Source: Nonlabens ponticola (GTDB taxonomy: Bacteria; Bacteroidota; Bacteroidia; Flavobacteriales; Flavobacteriaceae). From it: DNA of 32,000 bases. Positions 1 to 9,685 of this stretch are shown here, in pieces. Under the pieces are notes generated by a model. That model did not search any database, was not told where the DNA came from, and worked only from the letters and a program-made list of their open reading frames with translations. The position numbers were made by a program, and so were the translations under genes. The DNA is taken from the NCBI RefSeq assembly GCF_003966335.1, contig NZ_CP034549.1, positions 540,001-572,000 on the forward strand, in the 5' to 3' direction. Within the stretch, counting starts at the first letter, position 1. The number at the start of each line of letters is the position of its first letter.

Positions 1-423
1 CTTACTTTCAATTATTGCTATGAACAGGCACAAGCAGGAAATCTTATCAAATTTAATAACGGGTATGCCATCTTTGATGGTGATGAACTTATAAGTTCTT
101 ATGTATTCAATACGCTGGATCCAGATGTAATCATTGACATTTATGGCCTTCATGCTAGGCGTTTATGGACTGGAATAGGTTATAATAATGTCCAGCCAGA
201 CGATATACACTTACCAATATGGCATTTACCCGCAGCAAAACAAGATGGGTTGCTGGCACTATTTCACGAACTTACTAATGCTTCTCAATCTAGATTTTTT
301 GAAATGGACAGTGGTCTTGATCTGTTCCTGGGCAAATATTTTGGTATTCCTTATGGCAACTATCCCTTAATGAAAAAACCAATAAGGTTTATCAAGAAAA
401 CTGTGCGTCGCTTTTTGAAATAG
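1..423 (+). CDS. 3' end of a CDS truncated by the window start (C-terminal ~140 aa, unknown function)
   Basis: Frame 1 is open from nt 1 to TAG at 421-423 by my own translation (...GYAIFDGDELISSYVFNTLDPDV...KKTVRRFLK*). It is absent from the ORF track because it has no in-window ATG. It converges on and overlaps the next gene by 32 nt. No family recognised. Confidence 0.5.
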   Translation, partial: LTFNYCYEQAQAGNLIKFNNGYAIFDGDELISSYVFNTLDPDVIIDIYGLHARRLWTGIGYNNVQPDDIHLPIWHLPAAKQDGLLALFHELTNASQSRFFEMDSGLDLFLGKYFGIPYGNYPLMKKPIRFIKKTVRRFLK

Positions 424-1684
424 CAGCTGTTACATCTATTGGAGTAATTGATATTGACTTCTTGTTTTTTCCTTTAAATACTTGGTAGAAAACAAAGGTG
501 AAAAATGCAAAATATAAAACACCGTTTTCTCGCTCAAGAATGTTTTCTGAGAACATGATGAGCAGGTAAAAAGACACTACAGCTATAGCCAGATGCGCTT
601 CTCTCTTTCTAAGCCTATAGAGTATAAAAAGCATTAAAACTATAAAGGTTATCGCTCCAATCGCTCCTACTCTCAAGAAAATACTCATAAACTGGTTATG
701 GGTATTATACTTGTATTTGGCTAACGTTGGATTCTTTTCATTGTAACATTTCAATAACTCATCTTTTGCATCACCTACTCCATAACCAAAGAGACCTGCT
801 TCTGGTGCGATGTCATTGACGCAATCAAATATGGCGACCCTAATATTAGTTGAAGACATTTGCTCACCGCTCGTTTGTCCAGAAATATTGAGCAATTCAG
901 AGAATTTTCTATTGACTTTAGGTTGAAAAATGATCACACAGATAAACAACCCGCAAATGCTTGTTAGTGCGATAATCGCACTTTTATTCTTGTAAGCAAA
1001 AACGAGATAAAGCGCTGTTATAACCAGAGAAATAATCGGTCCTTTTTTTATTACAATAAGCATGAAACATGCGATAATGATACTCATGAAGATGAGGACA
1101 GCAAATGCCCATTTCTTTTTGAGCTTTGACAACAAATAGAAGGAAAACAAGATTGCTACCGCACCATGCATTGCTAGATAGATAGGGTGCAAATTGTAAG
1201 GGCCCAAATCCTTATTGATGACTGTCGGGAAATGCTGGAAAAGAGACATTCCATAATGTTCTATAAAAATGCACCAGAATATGATTAGAGTCAAGGTGAC
1301 CGAGACTATGTAAACCCAAAGAAATTGAGAGAAATTGCGCTTTATTTTTTCTATAACGGCGATAGGTAGCAAACCACTGAAAATAGGAATGATGAGCAAG
1401 GATAGACCTGTCTCCATCTTTCGCAGCCCTATTTCCATATTTTCTGTGTAGGATAGGCTTACAGCATATAAAATGTATAAAGCAGATCCAGCGATCATCA
1501 TGCGATAATCTTTTATACTGCGCTCTGGCTGTTTAAAAAATAAAAAAAGTGTGGTTGCTGTTATCAGCCCCAGCAAAATGTTGCGAGCAAAGTTGGGTAG
1601 CAGCGGCATTGTAAAAGCCACCATCAATAATGTATAGAGGTAGTTTTCGATACGATCGATTTTTAAAGTGCTACTTTGTGGCAT
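392..1684 (-). CDS. O-antigen ligase / Wzy_C-family polytopic membrane protein
   Basis: 430 aa with roughly 10 or more hydrophobic segments and a large loop followed by YNTHNQFMSIFLRVGAIG, which resembles the O-antigen-ligase signature. Last gene of the glycan operon. Its start overlaps the upstream stop by 14 nt. Confidence 0.65.
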   Translation of the reverse strand: MPQSSTLKIDRIENYLYTLLMVAFTMPLLPNFARNILLGLITATTLFLFFKQPERSIKDYRMMIAGSALYILYAVSLSYTENMEIGLRKMETGLSLLIIPIFSGLLPIAVIEKIKRNFSQFLWVYIVSVTLTLIIFWCIFIEHYGMSLFQHFPTVINKDLGPYNLHPIYLAMHGAVAILFSFYLLSKLKKKWAFAVLIFMSIIIACFMLIVIKKGPIISLVITALYLVFAYKNKSAIIALTSICGLFICVIIFQPKVNRKFSELLNISGQTSGEQMSSTNIRVAIFDCVNDIAPEAGLFGYGVGDAKDELLKCYNEKNPTLAKYKYNTHNQFMSIFLRVGAIGAITFIVLMLFILYRLRKREAHLAIAVVSFYLLIMFSENILERENGVLYFAFFTFVFYQVFKGKNKKSISITPIDVTAAISKSDAQFS

Positions 1685-3113
1685 TCTTTTTTCTAGAGTA
1701 AATTATCATGTCTAGTACTTGTTCCATAGATTTAGGAAGCAAATACATACTAAATAAGGCGCCGCCTAAATAGGCTATACCATTGGTAAAATCACCCCTT
1801 AATAGCATGAGTAAATGCAATGCAAAATAGATCGCCATACATTGTTTAAGCAATTGGCCAGAAAGTAACCATTTTCTAAAATACATCATGGTTATCACCA
1901 ATAAAAACGCAAAAATGACCATTCCTATATGACCAAAGTTATCATAGGCTTCAGACACAAAAGGGTTTGACAAGTTGGTAAAGGTAAACCCATAATTGTC
2001 TTTCAAGGTATTTCCCACAATTAATCCTGAGGATGGTGGCTTTGATGGCCATATGGCTCTGGGAACAAAGAACAATAAACCGCTAAGCATCTGATATCCA
2101 TAACTGAATCCCTTATTGGCAACATGTTCAATCACCACTCCTATATTCATAAAGGCATCATAATTCAAGCTATAATAACCCTTAGTCAATACACCTTCTT
2201 CTATCCCTGATAATAATAGGGAAGGATCTTGCACAATATCTTCTAGCGGGTAATCTATATGTGTCAACAATTGTGCTAGCGGGAAACCTACCAGCATCGC
2301 CAGAAATATCATGGCCGTGGTTTTCAAATTGCTGGTAATGAGCCTAGGTATAAATAAGAAGATCAAAATAAAGAAGATAGGTCCCAACTCGTGACGCTTT
2401 GTCGCTAGCGGATTCTTAAAAAAGAGCAGCAACAAAAAGAAACATGCTAGAGCCATATAGTAAATCATCTTATTTGAAAGCTTGCCGGCAGCGCGCAGTG
2501 CTTTGACAGTAATGATGATACCTACGAGAGGAAAGACAAAAAGAATTTTTGTCTTGACTAATCCTTCTATAACCGACACATCATGTGACTGCCACGATGG
2601 TCTATTGAGCTCGTCAATTACAAATTGAAATTGAGTGACGAGTATGAGCAAGGTCAGCACCAGCCATATAACAATCATGTACGGAGTCGTTCTTCTGGCT
2701 GTGCGGTTTTTTAATTCGCCAACGATACGTTTACTGGTGAATCGCGATGAAAATGCAACGTAGAGTATTGAGAACACTGTATTAAAAAGTGCAATGAGCC
2801 ACAACGTATGGATCACAAGATCTTCCTGATATGGAAACTTGTGTACAAAAACAGGATCGTCCATGGCCGCGAGTGTGGTAATTTGCGACATGGGTGCCAC
2901 TAGAAAAAACAGGTAGTTGAATACTAGAAAAGTGGATAAAAATGGACTATATCCTTTCTCAAGATATAAGTGGTAAAAAAACAGGAATGTAATTATGCAG
3001 AAGTTGAGCGTGAACAATCCATAAATCACATTGTTCTCTGGTTCAAAATTGTAAAAATGAAACAGACTGACAATAAAATATATGAGCACAAAAACCTCCT
3101 TTAATCTAAACAT
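1671..3113 (-). CDS. Oligosaccharide repeat-unit polymerase-like (Wzy-type) polytopic membrane protein
   Basis: 480 aa, highly hydrophobic and multi-spanning. Sits between a glycosyltransferase and a ligase-like gene and overlaps the GT4 stop by 8 nt. The family call rests on context and topology. Confidence 0.55.
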   Translation of the reverse strand: MFRLKEVFVLIYFIVSLFHFYNFEPENNVIYGLFTLNFCIITFLFFYHLYLEKGYSPFLSTFLVFNYLFFLVAPMSQITTLAAMDDPVFVHKFPYQEDLVIHTLWLIALFNTVFSILYVAFSSRFTSKRIVGELKNRTARRTTPYMIVIWLVLTLLILVTQFQFVIDELNRPSWQSHDVSVIEGLVKTKILFVFPLVGIIITVKALRAAGKLSNKMIYYMALACFFLLLLFFKNPLATKRHELGPIFFILIFLFIPRLITSNLKTTAMIFLAMLVGFPLAQLLTHIDYPLEDIVQDPSLLLSGIEEGVLTKGYYSLNYDAFMNIGVVIEHVANKGFSYGYQMLSGLLFFVPRAIWPSKPPSSGLIVGNTLKDNYGFTFTNLSNPFVSEAYDNFGHIGMVIFAFLLVITMMYFRKWLLSGQLLKQCMAIYFALHLLMLLRGDFTNGIAYLGGALFSMYLLPKSMEQVLDMIIYSRKKNATK

Positions 3114-4185
3114 CTACAAGGTTTAAAAAAGGTTGAGCCATTCTTTCTATACTGTATTTTTCCTTACAAGATTGCATGATATTCTCACGCTGTTCTACCC
3201 AATACTGTTTGCTGTGATAGATATCTATTAAGCTTTTTGCTAGACCATCAACATCATCTGTCTTTATAAAAATGCTATTGTTTGAGTTTGCCGCCTCAAT
3301 TTCTGGACTGTGGATCTCATCTTTGCTGATGATCATGGGCACACCAAAACTCAAGCTCTGTATCAAATTCAAGCCTACATATCCTGGCGAAACGCTCACG
3401 AGAGATTCTAGATAATATTCTTTTAAAACACTATTATCAAATATAGGGTCTTTGACAAGGATACATTTATCCAGCTCATGCGCTTTGATATAGGCGTTTA
3501 TCAATTCCTTTTCTGGTCCTGATCCTATCACGATTAACTTGGCAATCGTCGGTAAATTCTTGATCGCTTGATGAAAGCCTTTTACCAGTAGCATGGGTTT
3601 CTTTTCTGGTACCAGTCTGCCTACATAAATGACGTTATTGATGCCGGCTGGATCTGTAGACGTGGTCATCTCTTCTTGACGCATCAATGCATTTGACGAG
3701 GCGCTTATGGATGCTTGTGGCATGCGCTCTTGCAATTCTTTTTTTTGGCTAGTCGTATATGTAATGATATGTGTAGCTAGCGATCGCATAGCATTGCGCA
3801 ACTTATCAGATGCAGAATCACTACCAGATCTAGGCCAAGCATGACCCCATAGAGTTGTCTTAAGTCCTCTAAGCTTACGATATATTAATATGGACCACAC
3901 AGTCACATTACGTGGATTGAGCTCTAGAACCAGCGAGTCGTGTGTATTCTTTAAGTTGCTGATGCCTTTGTTATAGATAAACTTTCTGCGCAATAAATAG
4001 CGATTGATTATTCTTTTATCAATCTCAATAGAATCATCAGATTTTATGGACCTTTCAAAAGTGCTATCGCCTGCAACGAGTTCAAATCGATCGCCTAAAT
4101 GCTCTTTTAAATACTCAAAAAAAGGCACGCGATATCCTGGTATGATATTCTGGACTATGATCAATTTTTTGGCGCGCTCACTCAT
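3106..4185 (-). CDS. Glycosyltransferase, GT4 (GT-B fold) family
   Basis: 359 aa with the GRLVPEKK motif and a downstream E-x7-E-like region (SKDEIHSPEIEAA) typical of GT4 enzymes. 4-nt start/stop overlap with wzx. Confidence 0.8.
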   Translation of the reverse strand: MSERAKKLIIVQNIIPGYRVPFFEYLKEHLGDRFELVAGDSTFERSIKSDDSIEIDKRIINRYLLRRKFIYNKGISNLKNTHDSLVLELNPRNVTVWSILIYRKLRGLKTTLWGHAWPRSGSDSASDKLRNAMRSLATHIITYTTSQKKELQERMPQASISASSNALMRQEEMTTSTDPAGINNVIYVGRLVPEKKPMLLVKGFHQAIKNLPTIAKLIVIGSGPEKELINAYIKAHELDKCILVKDPIFDNSVLKEYYLESLVSVSPGYVGLNLIQSLSFGVPMIISKDEIHSPEIEAANSNNSIFIKTDDVDGLAKSLIDIYHSKQYWVEQRENIMQSCKEKYSIERMAQPFLNLVDV

Positions 4186-5441
4186 GTAGTTTTAATGTCC
4201 AGATTTTTATCCTTAAAGCAAAATAAATACACAGAAATACTCAACATGATCACCTCAACACTAGTAAAAATAATAGCTGCGGCATGAATATCATGATCCG
4301 GTATAAATATCAAACCAGAAATAATCGCAATAATGGCTCCAGTAGCTAGCACCTGCAACCTGCGATTGTAAAGTTTGCGTGCTGGTGCATATAAGGTGAC
4401 GTAAAGCATTGTCAAGGACGATGTGAATGATACTATCGTCATGATTTCAAACAACCAGATATAATCTAGAAATACCGTATTGTCAAAAAGCAACGTCAAT
4501 AAAAATTCACCAAAAAAGAAAAAGAAACATGACAGCGACAAACCTATCATGGCAATATATGGTATCAACTTCTTAATGTGGTCTCTCATACTTCCTGCCG
4601 CCTTTCTTGAAATGAATGGATAAAGCACTTGATAAATAGGCATGAAAACGCTCTTTGAAGCGACAATCATCTTCTCAAAGATGCTGTAGATACCTACGAT
4701 CTTATCACCATGAAAAATACCCAAAATCAAACCAGTAGAAATAAGCCCAGCCGTTGAAGTGATATTAGAAACCGTGACAGCAAAACTCTCCTTGATAAAA
4801 GTTTTAAACTCTGGAATGATGACCATTTTCAAGCGCGTATGCTTAAGCGCCAGAATTAAACTAAGCAATCCAGCCACAATAAATCCTAGACTATTGAAAG
4901 CTGGCACATACATGTAATCATCTGGAGTTGATACAAAAAACAAAATACTTAGGGTAAAAATCACCTTGGCAATCACGTTCACGATCGTGATAACCTGCAT
5001 TTTTTCAATCCCTTGAAAGAACCACACGGGAAATATCGCTTGTCCCATGACCATTCCATAGCTTAAAAGATATACCAGCCACTCTTCCCTAAATCGCTCA
5101 AAACTAAAAACCACACCAACCAAGACCACAAACAACACCGTGATCATGATCGATCTAAACCAGATGATACTCGAGAAAAAATCTGAATAGTCCTGCTTGT
5201 TTTCCCGCATGATAGCGACCTCACGCGTTGCAGTAATATTGAACCCAAAGTCTGATATTACTAGGAAAAAACTCATGAGATATTGGGCAAACATCACCAG
5301 ACCAAATTTCTCCAGACCCAATCGCTGCTCCAGTAATGGTAGGATGATGAGCGGCAGTATAAAATTGAGGCCTTGTAAGGTAGCTACATAAAAATAGTTC
5401 TTGACAACTGCCCTTTTATCACTGGTAAATTTGAACGCCAT
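4182..5441 (-). CDS. wzx: Polysaccharide/O-unit flippase (MOP superfamily, Wzx-like)
   Basis: 419 aa with about 12 predicted TM helices and an N-terminus typical of polysaccharide biosynthesis (Wzx) proteins. Position within the glycan operon supports the call. Confidence 0.7.
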   Translation of the reverse strand: MAFKFTSDKRAVVKNYFYVATLQGLNFILPLIILPLLEQRLGLEKFGLVMFAQYLMSFFLVISDFGFNITATREVAIMRENKQDYSDFFSSIIWFRSIMITVLFVVLVGVVFSFERFREEWLVYLLSYGMVMGQAIFPVWFFQGIEKMQVITIVNVIAKVIFTLSILFFVSTPDDYMYVPAFNSLGFIVAGLLSLILALKHTRLKMVIIPEFKTFIKESFAVTVSNITSTAGLISTGLILGIFHGDKIVGIYSIFEKMIVASKSVFMPIYQVLYPFISRKAAGSMRDHIKKLIPYIAMIGLSLSCFFFFFGEFLLTLLFDNTVFLDYIWLFEIMTIVSFTSSLTMLYVTLYAPARKLYNRRLQVLATGAIIAIISGLIFIPDHDIHAAAIIFTSVEVIMLSISVYLFCFKDKNLDIKTT

Positions 5442-5462
5442 GAGCAGTCTAGCTTTATCTAT

Positions 5463-6509
5463 TTATGCCTTGTCTAGATATGCTTCATACATCATATCAA
5501 CACCTTTTTCTAGGCTCACCTCATGTTTCCAGCCTAGTGCGTGCAGCTTTGACACATCAGTCAACTTGCGTGGTGTGCCGTCAGGTTTTGAGCTGTCCCA
5601 ATTTAATTTGCCAGTGTAACCTACTGTTTTCTTGATCAATGCTGCAAGTTCCTTGATCTCGATGTCTTCACCAGTACCTATGTTTAGGTGTGTGTTTCTT
5701 ACCTCTTTTTGCTCGCCTGCAACGTCCTTAAAATCTATGTTGTGCATTAGATACACACAAGCTTTGGCCATATCGTGTGACCACAAAAACTCTCTTCTAG
5801 GCGAGCCTGTTCCCCATAATTCGATGCTTTCTTTTGTAATGCCGTGTTTGGATAGTTCCGCTTTCGCGAAAGCAAAATTCTCAACATCCATTTCCTTGAC
5901 AAGAGCTTGCTCGTTACCATCCATGAGTAATTTACCCAGGTGCATTTTCCTGATCAAAGCTGGCAACACGTGACTTTTTTCTAGATCAAAATTATCATTT
6001 GGGCCATACAGATTTGTAGGCATGACGCTTATGAAATTGGTGCCGTACTGCAAGTTATAGCTCTCGCACATCTTGATACCAGCGATTTTGGCAATGGCAT
6101 AAGGTTCATTGGTATATTCCAGCGGTCCAGTGAGCAAACTGTCCTCTGGCATAGGCTGTGGCGCCATTTTAGGGTAGATACATGTACTGCCCAGAAACAA
6201 TAATTTCTTCACGCCATTCAAGTAACTGTGATGGATCACATTGTTCTGGATCATCAAGTTCTTGTAGATAAAGTCTGCGCGATAGATGTTGTTTGCTACA
6301 ATGCCACCTACCGTCGCTGCGGCGAGAAAAACATAATCAGGCCTATGATCCTTAAAGAATTGCGCGGTTTGCTGCTGGTCTGTAAGATCTAGTTGCTTGT
6401 GCGTTCTCAAGATCAGGTTTTCATAGCCTTGATCCTTGAGCTCCTGTAAAATGGCGCTACCCACGAGACCGCGGTGACCAGCAATATAGATTTTGGCAGA
6501 TTTCTCCAT
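5463..6509 (-). CDS. fcl: GDP-L-fucose synthase (GDP-4-keto-6-deoxymannose 3,5-epimerase/4-reductase)
   Basis: 348 aa. Matches include [13 protein letters not shown] (Rossmann motif), [31 protein letters not shown] and KPDGTPRKL, which align closely with E. coli Fcl as I recall it. Confidence 0.95.
   Translation of the reverse strand: MEKSAKIYIAGHRGLVGSAILQELKDQGYENLILRTHKQLDLTDQQQTAQFFKDHRPDYVFLAAATVGGIVANNIYRADFIYKNLMIQNNVIHHSYLNGVKKLLFLGSTCIYPKMAPQPMPEDSLLTGPLEYTNEPYAIAKIAGIKMCESYNLQYGTNFISVMPTNLYGPNDNFDLEKSHVLPALIRKMHLGKLLMDGNEQALVKEMDVENFAFAKAELSKHGITKESIELWGTGSPRREFLWSHDMAKACVYLMHNIDFKDVAGEQKEVRNTHLNIGTGEDIEIKELAALIKKTVGYTGKLNWDSSKPDGTPRKLTDVSKLHALGWKHEVSLEKGVDMMYEAYLDKA
5860..5873. 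repeat. Iterated 14-bp palindrome GCTTTCGCGAAAGC, copy 1 (inside fcl)
   Basis: Exact match. Read in the gene frame as GCT TTC GCG AAA GCG, giving AFAKA ([11 protein letters not shown]). Confidence 0.95.
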
Positions 6510-6582
6510 TAGGTATTTTCTATAGACTTACTTGTCTCATGACAAAACTTCTTTTTATAAAGAAGATTGCATGGATATTGAT

Positions 6583-7698
6583 CTACTCATAGTAATTATT
6601 AATGCGGTAACCTCCTCTATTCAAATACTCGTCGCGAGACATGAGATGCAAGTCACTCTTCATCATGTCGTTGACCAGTTCTTGCAGTTCTATTTGTGGT
6701 ACCCAGCCCAGTTTTTCCTTGGCTTTTGATGGATCGCCTATCAATAGGTCTACCTCCGTTGGTCGGAAGTATCTCTCGTCCACTGCAATTACTTCCTTTC
6801 CTATTTCTAGCTGGTAATCAGGATTTGAGCAAGATTTTATGGTTCCCTTTTCATCAACTCCAGTGCCTGTAAATTCTAGCTCTACACCTATGTATTCAAA
6901 CGCCATGCGCACAAAATCACGCACGCTGGTAGTTTTTCCTGTGGCTATTACCCAATCTTCTGGCTCATCATGCTGCAGGATCATCCACATCATGCGAACA
7001 TAATCCTTCGCGTGACCCCAATCGCGCTTGGCATCCAGGTTTCCTAGATAACAGGTGTCTTGCAAGCCTTTGGCGATTTTAGAAACCGCACGAGTAATTT
7101 TTCTAGTCACAAACGTCTCACCGCGCACGGGCGACTCATGATTAAATAAGATACCATTACAGGCAAACATGCCATAAGCCTCGCGGTAGTTAACCGTTGC
7201 CCAGTAGGCATACATTTTGGCCACCGCATACGGGCTGCGTGGATAGAAGGGCGTCGTTTCTGACTGCGGTACTTCTTGCACCTTACCATAAAGCTCTGAT
7301 GTTGAGGCCTGATAGACGCGTGTCTTTTTTTCCATGCCTAGTAACCTCAGTGATTCTAGGATACGCAGGGCGCCTATACCATCCGCATTAGCAGTGTATT
7401 CTGGCATTTCAAAAGATACCTGCACGTGAGACATGGCCGCAAGATTGTAAATCTCATCAGGTTGGGTCTCGTTGATGATTCTTGTCAGGTTTGTAGTGTC
7501 AGTCAAATCGCCATAATGCAGGTGGAATTTGACATTTGCCTCATGCGGATCTTGATACAGGTGGTCAATACGGTCTGTATTGAAAAGGCTGGCGCGACGT
7601 TTTATACCATGAACGGTATATCCTTTCTTTAATAAAAACTCGCTCAAATAGGCACCGTCCTGACCTGTAACTCCAGTAATTAAGGCTACTTTACTCAT
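6583..7698 (-). CDS. gmd: GDP-mannose 4,6-dehydratase
   Basis: The track ORF runs to 7824, but homology starts at [23 protein letters not shown] (ATG at 7696-7698). The upstream extension would overlap rfbD. Conserved GMD motifs are present throughout ([27 protein letters not shown]). Confidence 0.93.
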   Translation of the reverse strand: MSKVALITGVTGQDGAYLSEFLLKKGYTVHGIKRRASLFNTDRIDHLYQDPHEANVKFHLHYGDLTDTTNLTRIINETQPDEIYNLAAMSHVQVSFEMPEYTANADGIGALRILESLRLLGMEKKTRVYQASTSELYGKVQEVPQSETTPFYPRSPYAVAKMYAYWATVNYREAYGMFACNGILFNHESPVRGETFVTRKITRAVSKIAKGLQDTCYLGNLDAKRDWGHAKDYVRMMWMILQHDEPEDWVIATGKTTSVRDFVRMAFEYIGVELEFTGTGVDEKGTIKSCSNPDYQLEIGKEVIAVDERYFRPTEVDLLIGDPSKAKEKLGWVPQIELQELVNDMMKSDLHLMSRDEYLNRGGYRINNYYE

Positions 7699-7735
7699 GC
7701 TACTTTTCTTAACAATTCTAATGTGCGAAAATACA

Positions 7736-8578
7736 CTAACTCCTAGACTTATACCTTTCCAGAACTTCTTCAAGCGCGGTATCAATTGTTGGAATGTCAT
7801 AATTAAAGGTCCTTCTAATAGCATCAGTATTCATGACGCTGTACGACGGCCTACTTGCAGCAGTCTTGAATGAGCTTGTAGGATGTATGTTTTTAGGTAC
7901 GTTGGATTTTTGGGATATCGCTTTCGCGAAAGCATACCACGTCAACTCGCCTTGATTAGTATAATGATAAACACCGTGCTCGTCAGGATCATTCTCAACC
8001 AGATGGTTGATGAACAGCGCTACACTGTCTGCGCTGGTAGGCGACCCTAGCTGATTATCAACTACGTGCATCTCTTCTAGGTTATTTTCTAGCACCCATC
8101 GCATGAAATTCTTACCATGAGCAGCGTACAACCAGCTTATTCTAAAAATGTAAAAGCTGGACATGTTATCCTGGATATATTGTTCTCCCAGCAACTTGCT
8201 AGCGCCATACACATTAATAGGTCTCACGGCATCGTGCGGTCTATATGGTAGTGTGGCATTCCCGTCAAAAACATAGTCCGTGGAAAAGTGAATAAGCGTG
8301 ACCCGATGATGCTCGCAGATTTGTGCCAGCTGCCTGACTGCGGTGGCGTTTATTTTGTAGGCTTTCTCGACTTCAGTTTCTGCAAGATCCACTGCGGTGT
8401 AGGCCGCACAGTTGATAAAATAATTTGGCCGATACCTAATTATGGCTGCGGTAATATCTCTAGTACAGCTAATGTCAAGCTCGTCGCTGCCCAGCGCGAT
8501 CAAATCATGATCTACCAGCGCTTGTTGCATGCTTATTCCCAGCATACCATTTGCGCCAGCAAGTAGAATCTTTTTCAA
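7736..8578 (-). CDS. rfbD: dTDP-4-dehydrorhamnose reductase
   Basis: 280 aa with [12 protein letters not shown] (Rossmann motif), TDYVFDG and YGASKLLGE (the YxxxK catalytic motif), typical of RmlD. Confidence 0.88.
   Translation of the reverse strand: MKKILLAGANGMLGISMQQALVDHDLIALGSDELDISCTRDITAAIIRYRPNYFINCAAYTAVDLAETEVEKAYKINATAVRQLAQICEHHRVTLIHFSTDYVFDGNATLPYRPHDAVRPINVYGASKLLGEQYIQDNMSSFYIFRISWLYAAHGKNFMRWVLENNLEEMHVVDNQLGSPTSADSVALFINHLVENDPDEHGVYHYTNQGELTWYAFAKAISQKSNVPKNIHPTSSFKTAASRPSYSVMNTDAIRRTFNYDIPTIDTALEEVLERYKSRS
7920..7933. repeat. Iterated 14-bp palindrome GCTTTCGCGAAAGC, copy 2 (inside rfbD)
   Basis: Exact match, encoding AFAKA ([11 protein letters not shown]). Confidence 0.95.
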
Positions 8579-8581
8579 AGG

Positions 8582-9628
8582 CTAGGCTGTTTGCTGAGAG
8601 TCTGGGTAATTCTTAAGGAATTTCCAGATAGTGGGTATTATTGCGATAAGCAACCCTAATCCAAAAAATACAAGCAAATATTTGAGCTTCAAGTGCTTCT
8701 TTTCGATAGTACCGCGAGTGATGAATTGCGATTGTATGTTGACCGTGTCTTCATTGAGGTATTTGGTCTCTCTCAACTCATTCAACTGCGCCAACACGAT
8801 CCTTTTTTCATCAAAAAGCTGAGTAAGCGCGTCTGATGGCTTTTGATCTCCTAGATATAGGGTCGTTCCTGCATTAACTGGTATGTCTTGAGCGGTGATG
8901 GCTTTTTGATAACCAGAAATTAGCGAGTCCAGTTCCTGCAACTGGTAATTGAGTGCCTTGATATCAAATTCTGTATTCTCCAGCGTTGATTGCTTTGCGC
9001 CCTTTATGGCGGCGTTGACTTCAACCTTGACGAGATCATCAATGATCTCTACTAATGTTGCACGATCCTTGCTTGATGCTGTGATTTCATAGTATTGATA
9101 ATCGATCTCACGCTTTGCTTCCTTAAAACCCTCAAAGCTGAAGTTCTCCAGCGCCATAGTATCTGACCTTCTCGCCAGCTCGTCATATTCCTTGAGCAAC
9201 TCAGTATCATTATAACTAGGCTCTATGTAAAATCCAGAAAGATTTTCGGCTTCTACTGTGGTGATGTCAAGTTCTTTGGCCAGTTTATCATACACACCTT
9301 CTTCCACCAAAGCGTTGTAATACTTAACGTTAGAAATGAGCTGGGTAACGCTATTAAAATTAGGTTCAACGCGCACCAAGGCACTGTATTTATCCTTGAC
9401 CTGTTGATCCATGTAATACCCTAGGCCTAAGCCTATAAGCACAAAAACACCTATCAAGATAATGTTGCGTTGCAGGAAAACAAAAAACAACAATATCCCG
9501 TGAATGATTGCCTTGAATAAGTTGGCTATTCCACGACCTAGATTTTTAAATCCATTTCCTATCCATTCAAAAACGGGTAAAAGATCTGCTTCTTGATCCT
9601 CTTGCGGCTTATTATATGGGTCACTCAT
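8582..9628 (-). CDS. Polysaccharide co-polymerase / chain-length determinant (Wzz-like) protein
   Basis: 348 aa. One TM region near residues 45-70 and one at the C-terminus (YLLVFFGLGLLIAIIP) flank a helical periplasmic-type region, which is PCP topology. First gene of the glycan operon. Confidence 0.6.
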   Translation of the reverse strand: MSDPYNKPQEDQEADLLPVFEWIGNGFKNLGRGIANLFKAIIHGILLFFVFLQRNIILIGVFVLIGLGLGYYMDQQVKDKYSALVRVEPNFNSVTQLISNVKYYNALVEEGVYDKLAKELDITTVEAENLSGFYIEPSYNDTELLKEYDELARRSDTMALENFSFEGFKEAKREIDYQYYEITASSKDRATLVEIIDDLVKVEVNAAIKGAKQSTLENTEFDIKALNYQLQELDSLISGYQKAITAQDIPVNAGTTLYLGDQKPSDALTQLFDEKRIVLAQLNELRETKYLNEDTVNIQSQFITRGTIEKKHLKLKYLLVFFGLGLLIAIIPTIWKFLKNYPDSQQTA

Positions 9629-9654
9629 GCTCGTCGTGGCTTAATTTTAATGCT

Positions 9655-9662
9655 CAAATATA
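9655..9662 (-). promoter_or_regulatory. Bacteroidota -7 promoter box TAtaTTTG (minus strand) upstream of the wzz-like gene and glycan operon
   Basis: Plus-strand CAAATATA, 26 nt upstream of the ATG at 9628. Confidence 0.5.
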
Positions 9663-9685
9663 GTGGATGCGGTGATAACCTGTGC

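Noticed and set aside
188-370. A 60-aa plus-strand ORF in frame 2.
   Set aside because: It lies entirely inside a longer frame-1 reading frame that is open from the window edge to 423. That frame is the more plausible CDS.
2931-2939. AGTGGATAA, an 8/9 match to the DnaA box.
   Set aside because: It is a single site inside the wzy-like CDS with no cluster and no AT-rich unwinding element, so it is not evidence for oriC.
6543-6565. An AT-rich hairpin (CTTCTTT-ttat-AAAGAAG followed by a T-run on the minus strand) between gmd and fcl.
   Set aside because: The stem has 7 bp with only two G:C pairs and sits inside an apparent operon. It is too weak to call as a terminator; at most it is an attenuator.
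7699-7824. The 5' extension of the gmd ORF in the track (413 aa starting MLLEGPLIM...).
   Set aside because: Homology to GDP-mannose dehydratase starts at MSKVALITG (ATG at 7696-7698). The extension would overlap the 3' end of rfbD by about 90 nt and has no recognisable sequence.
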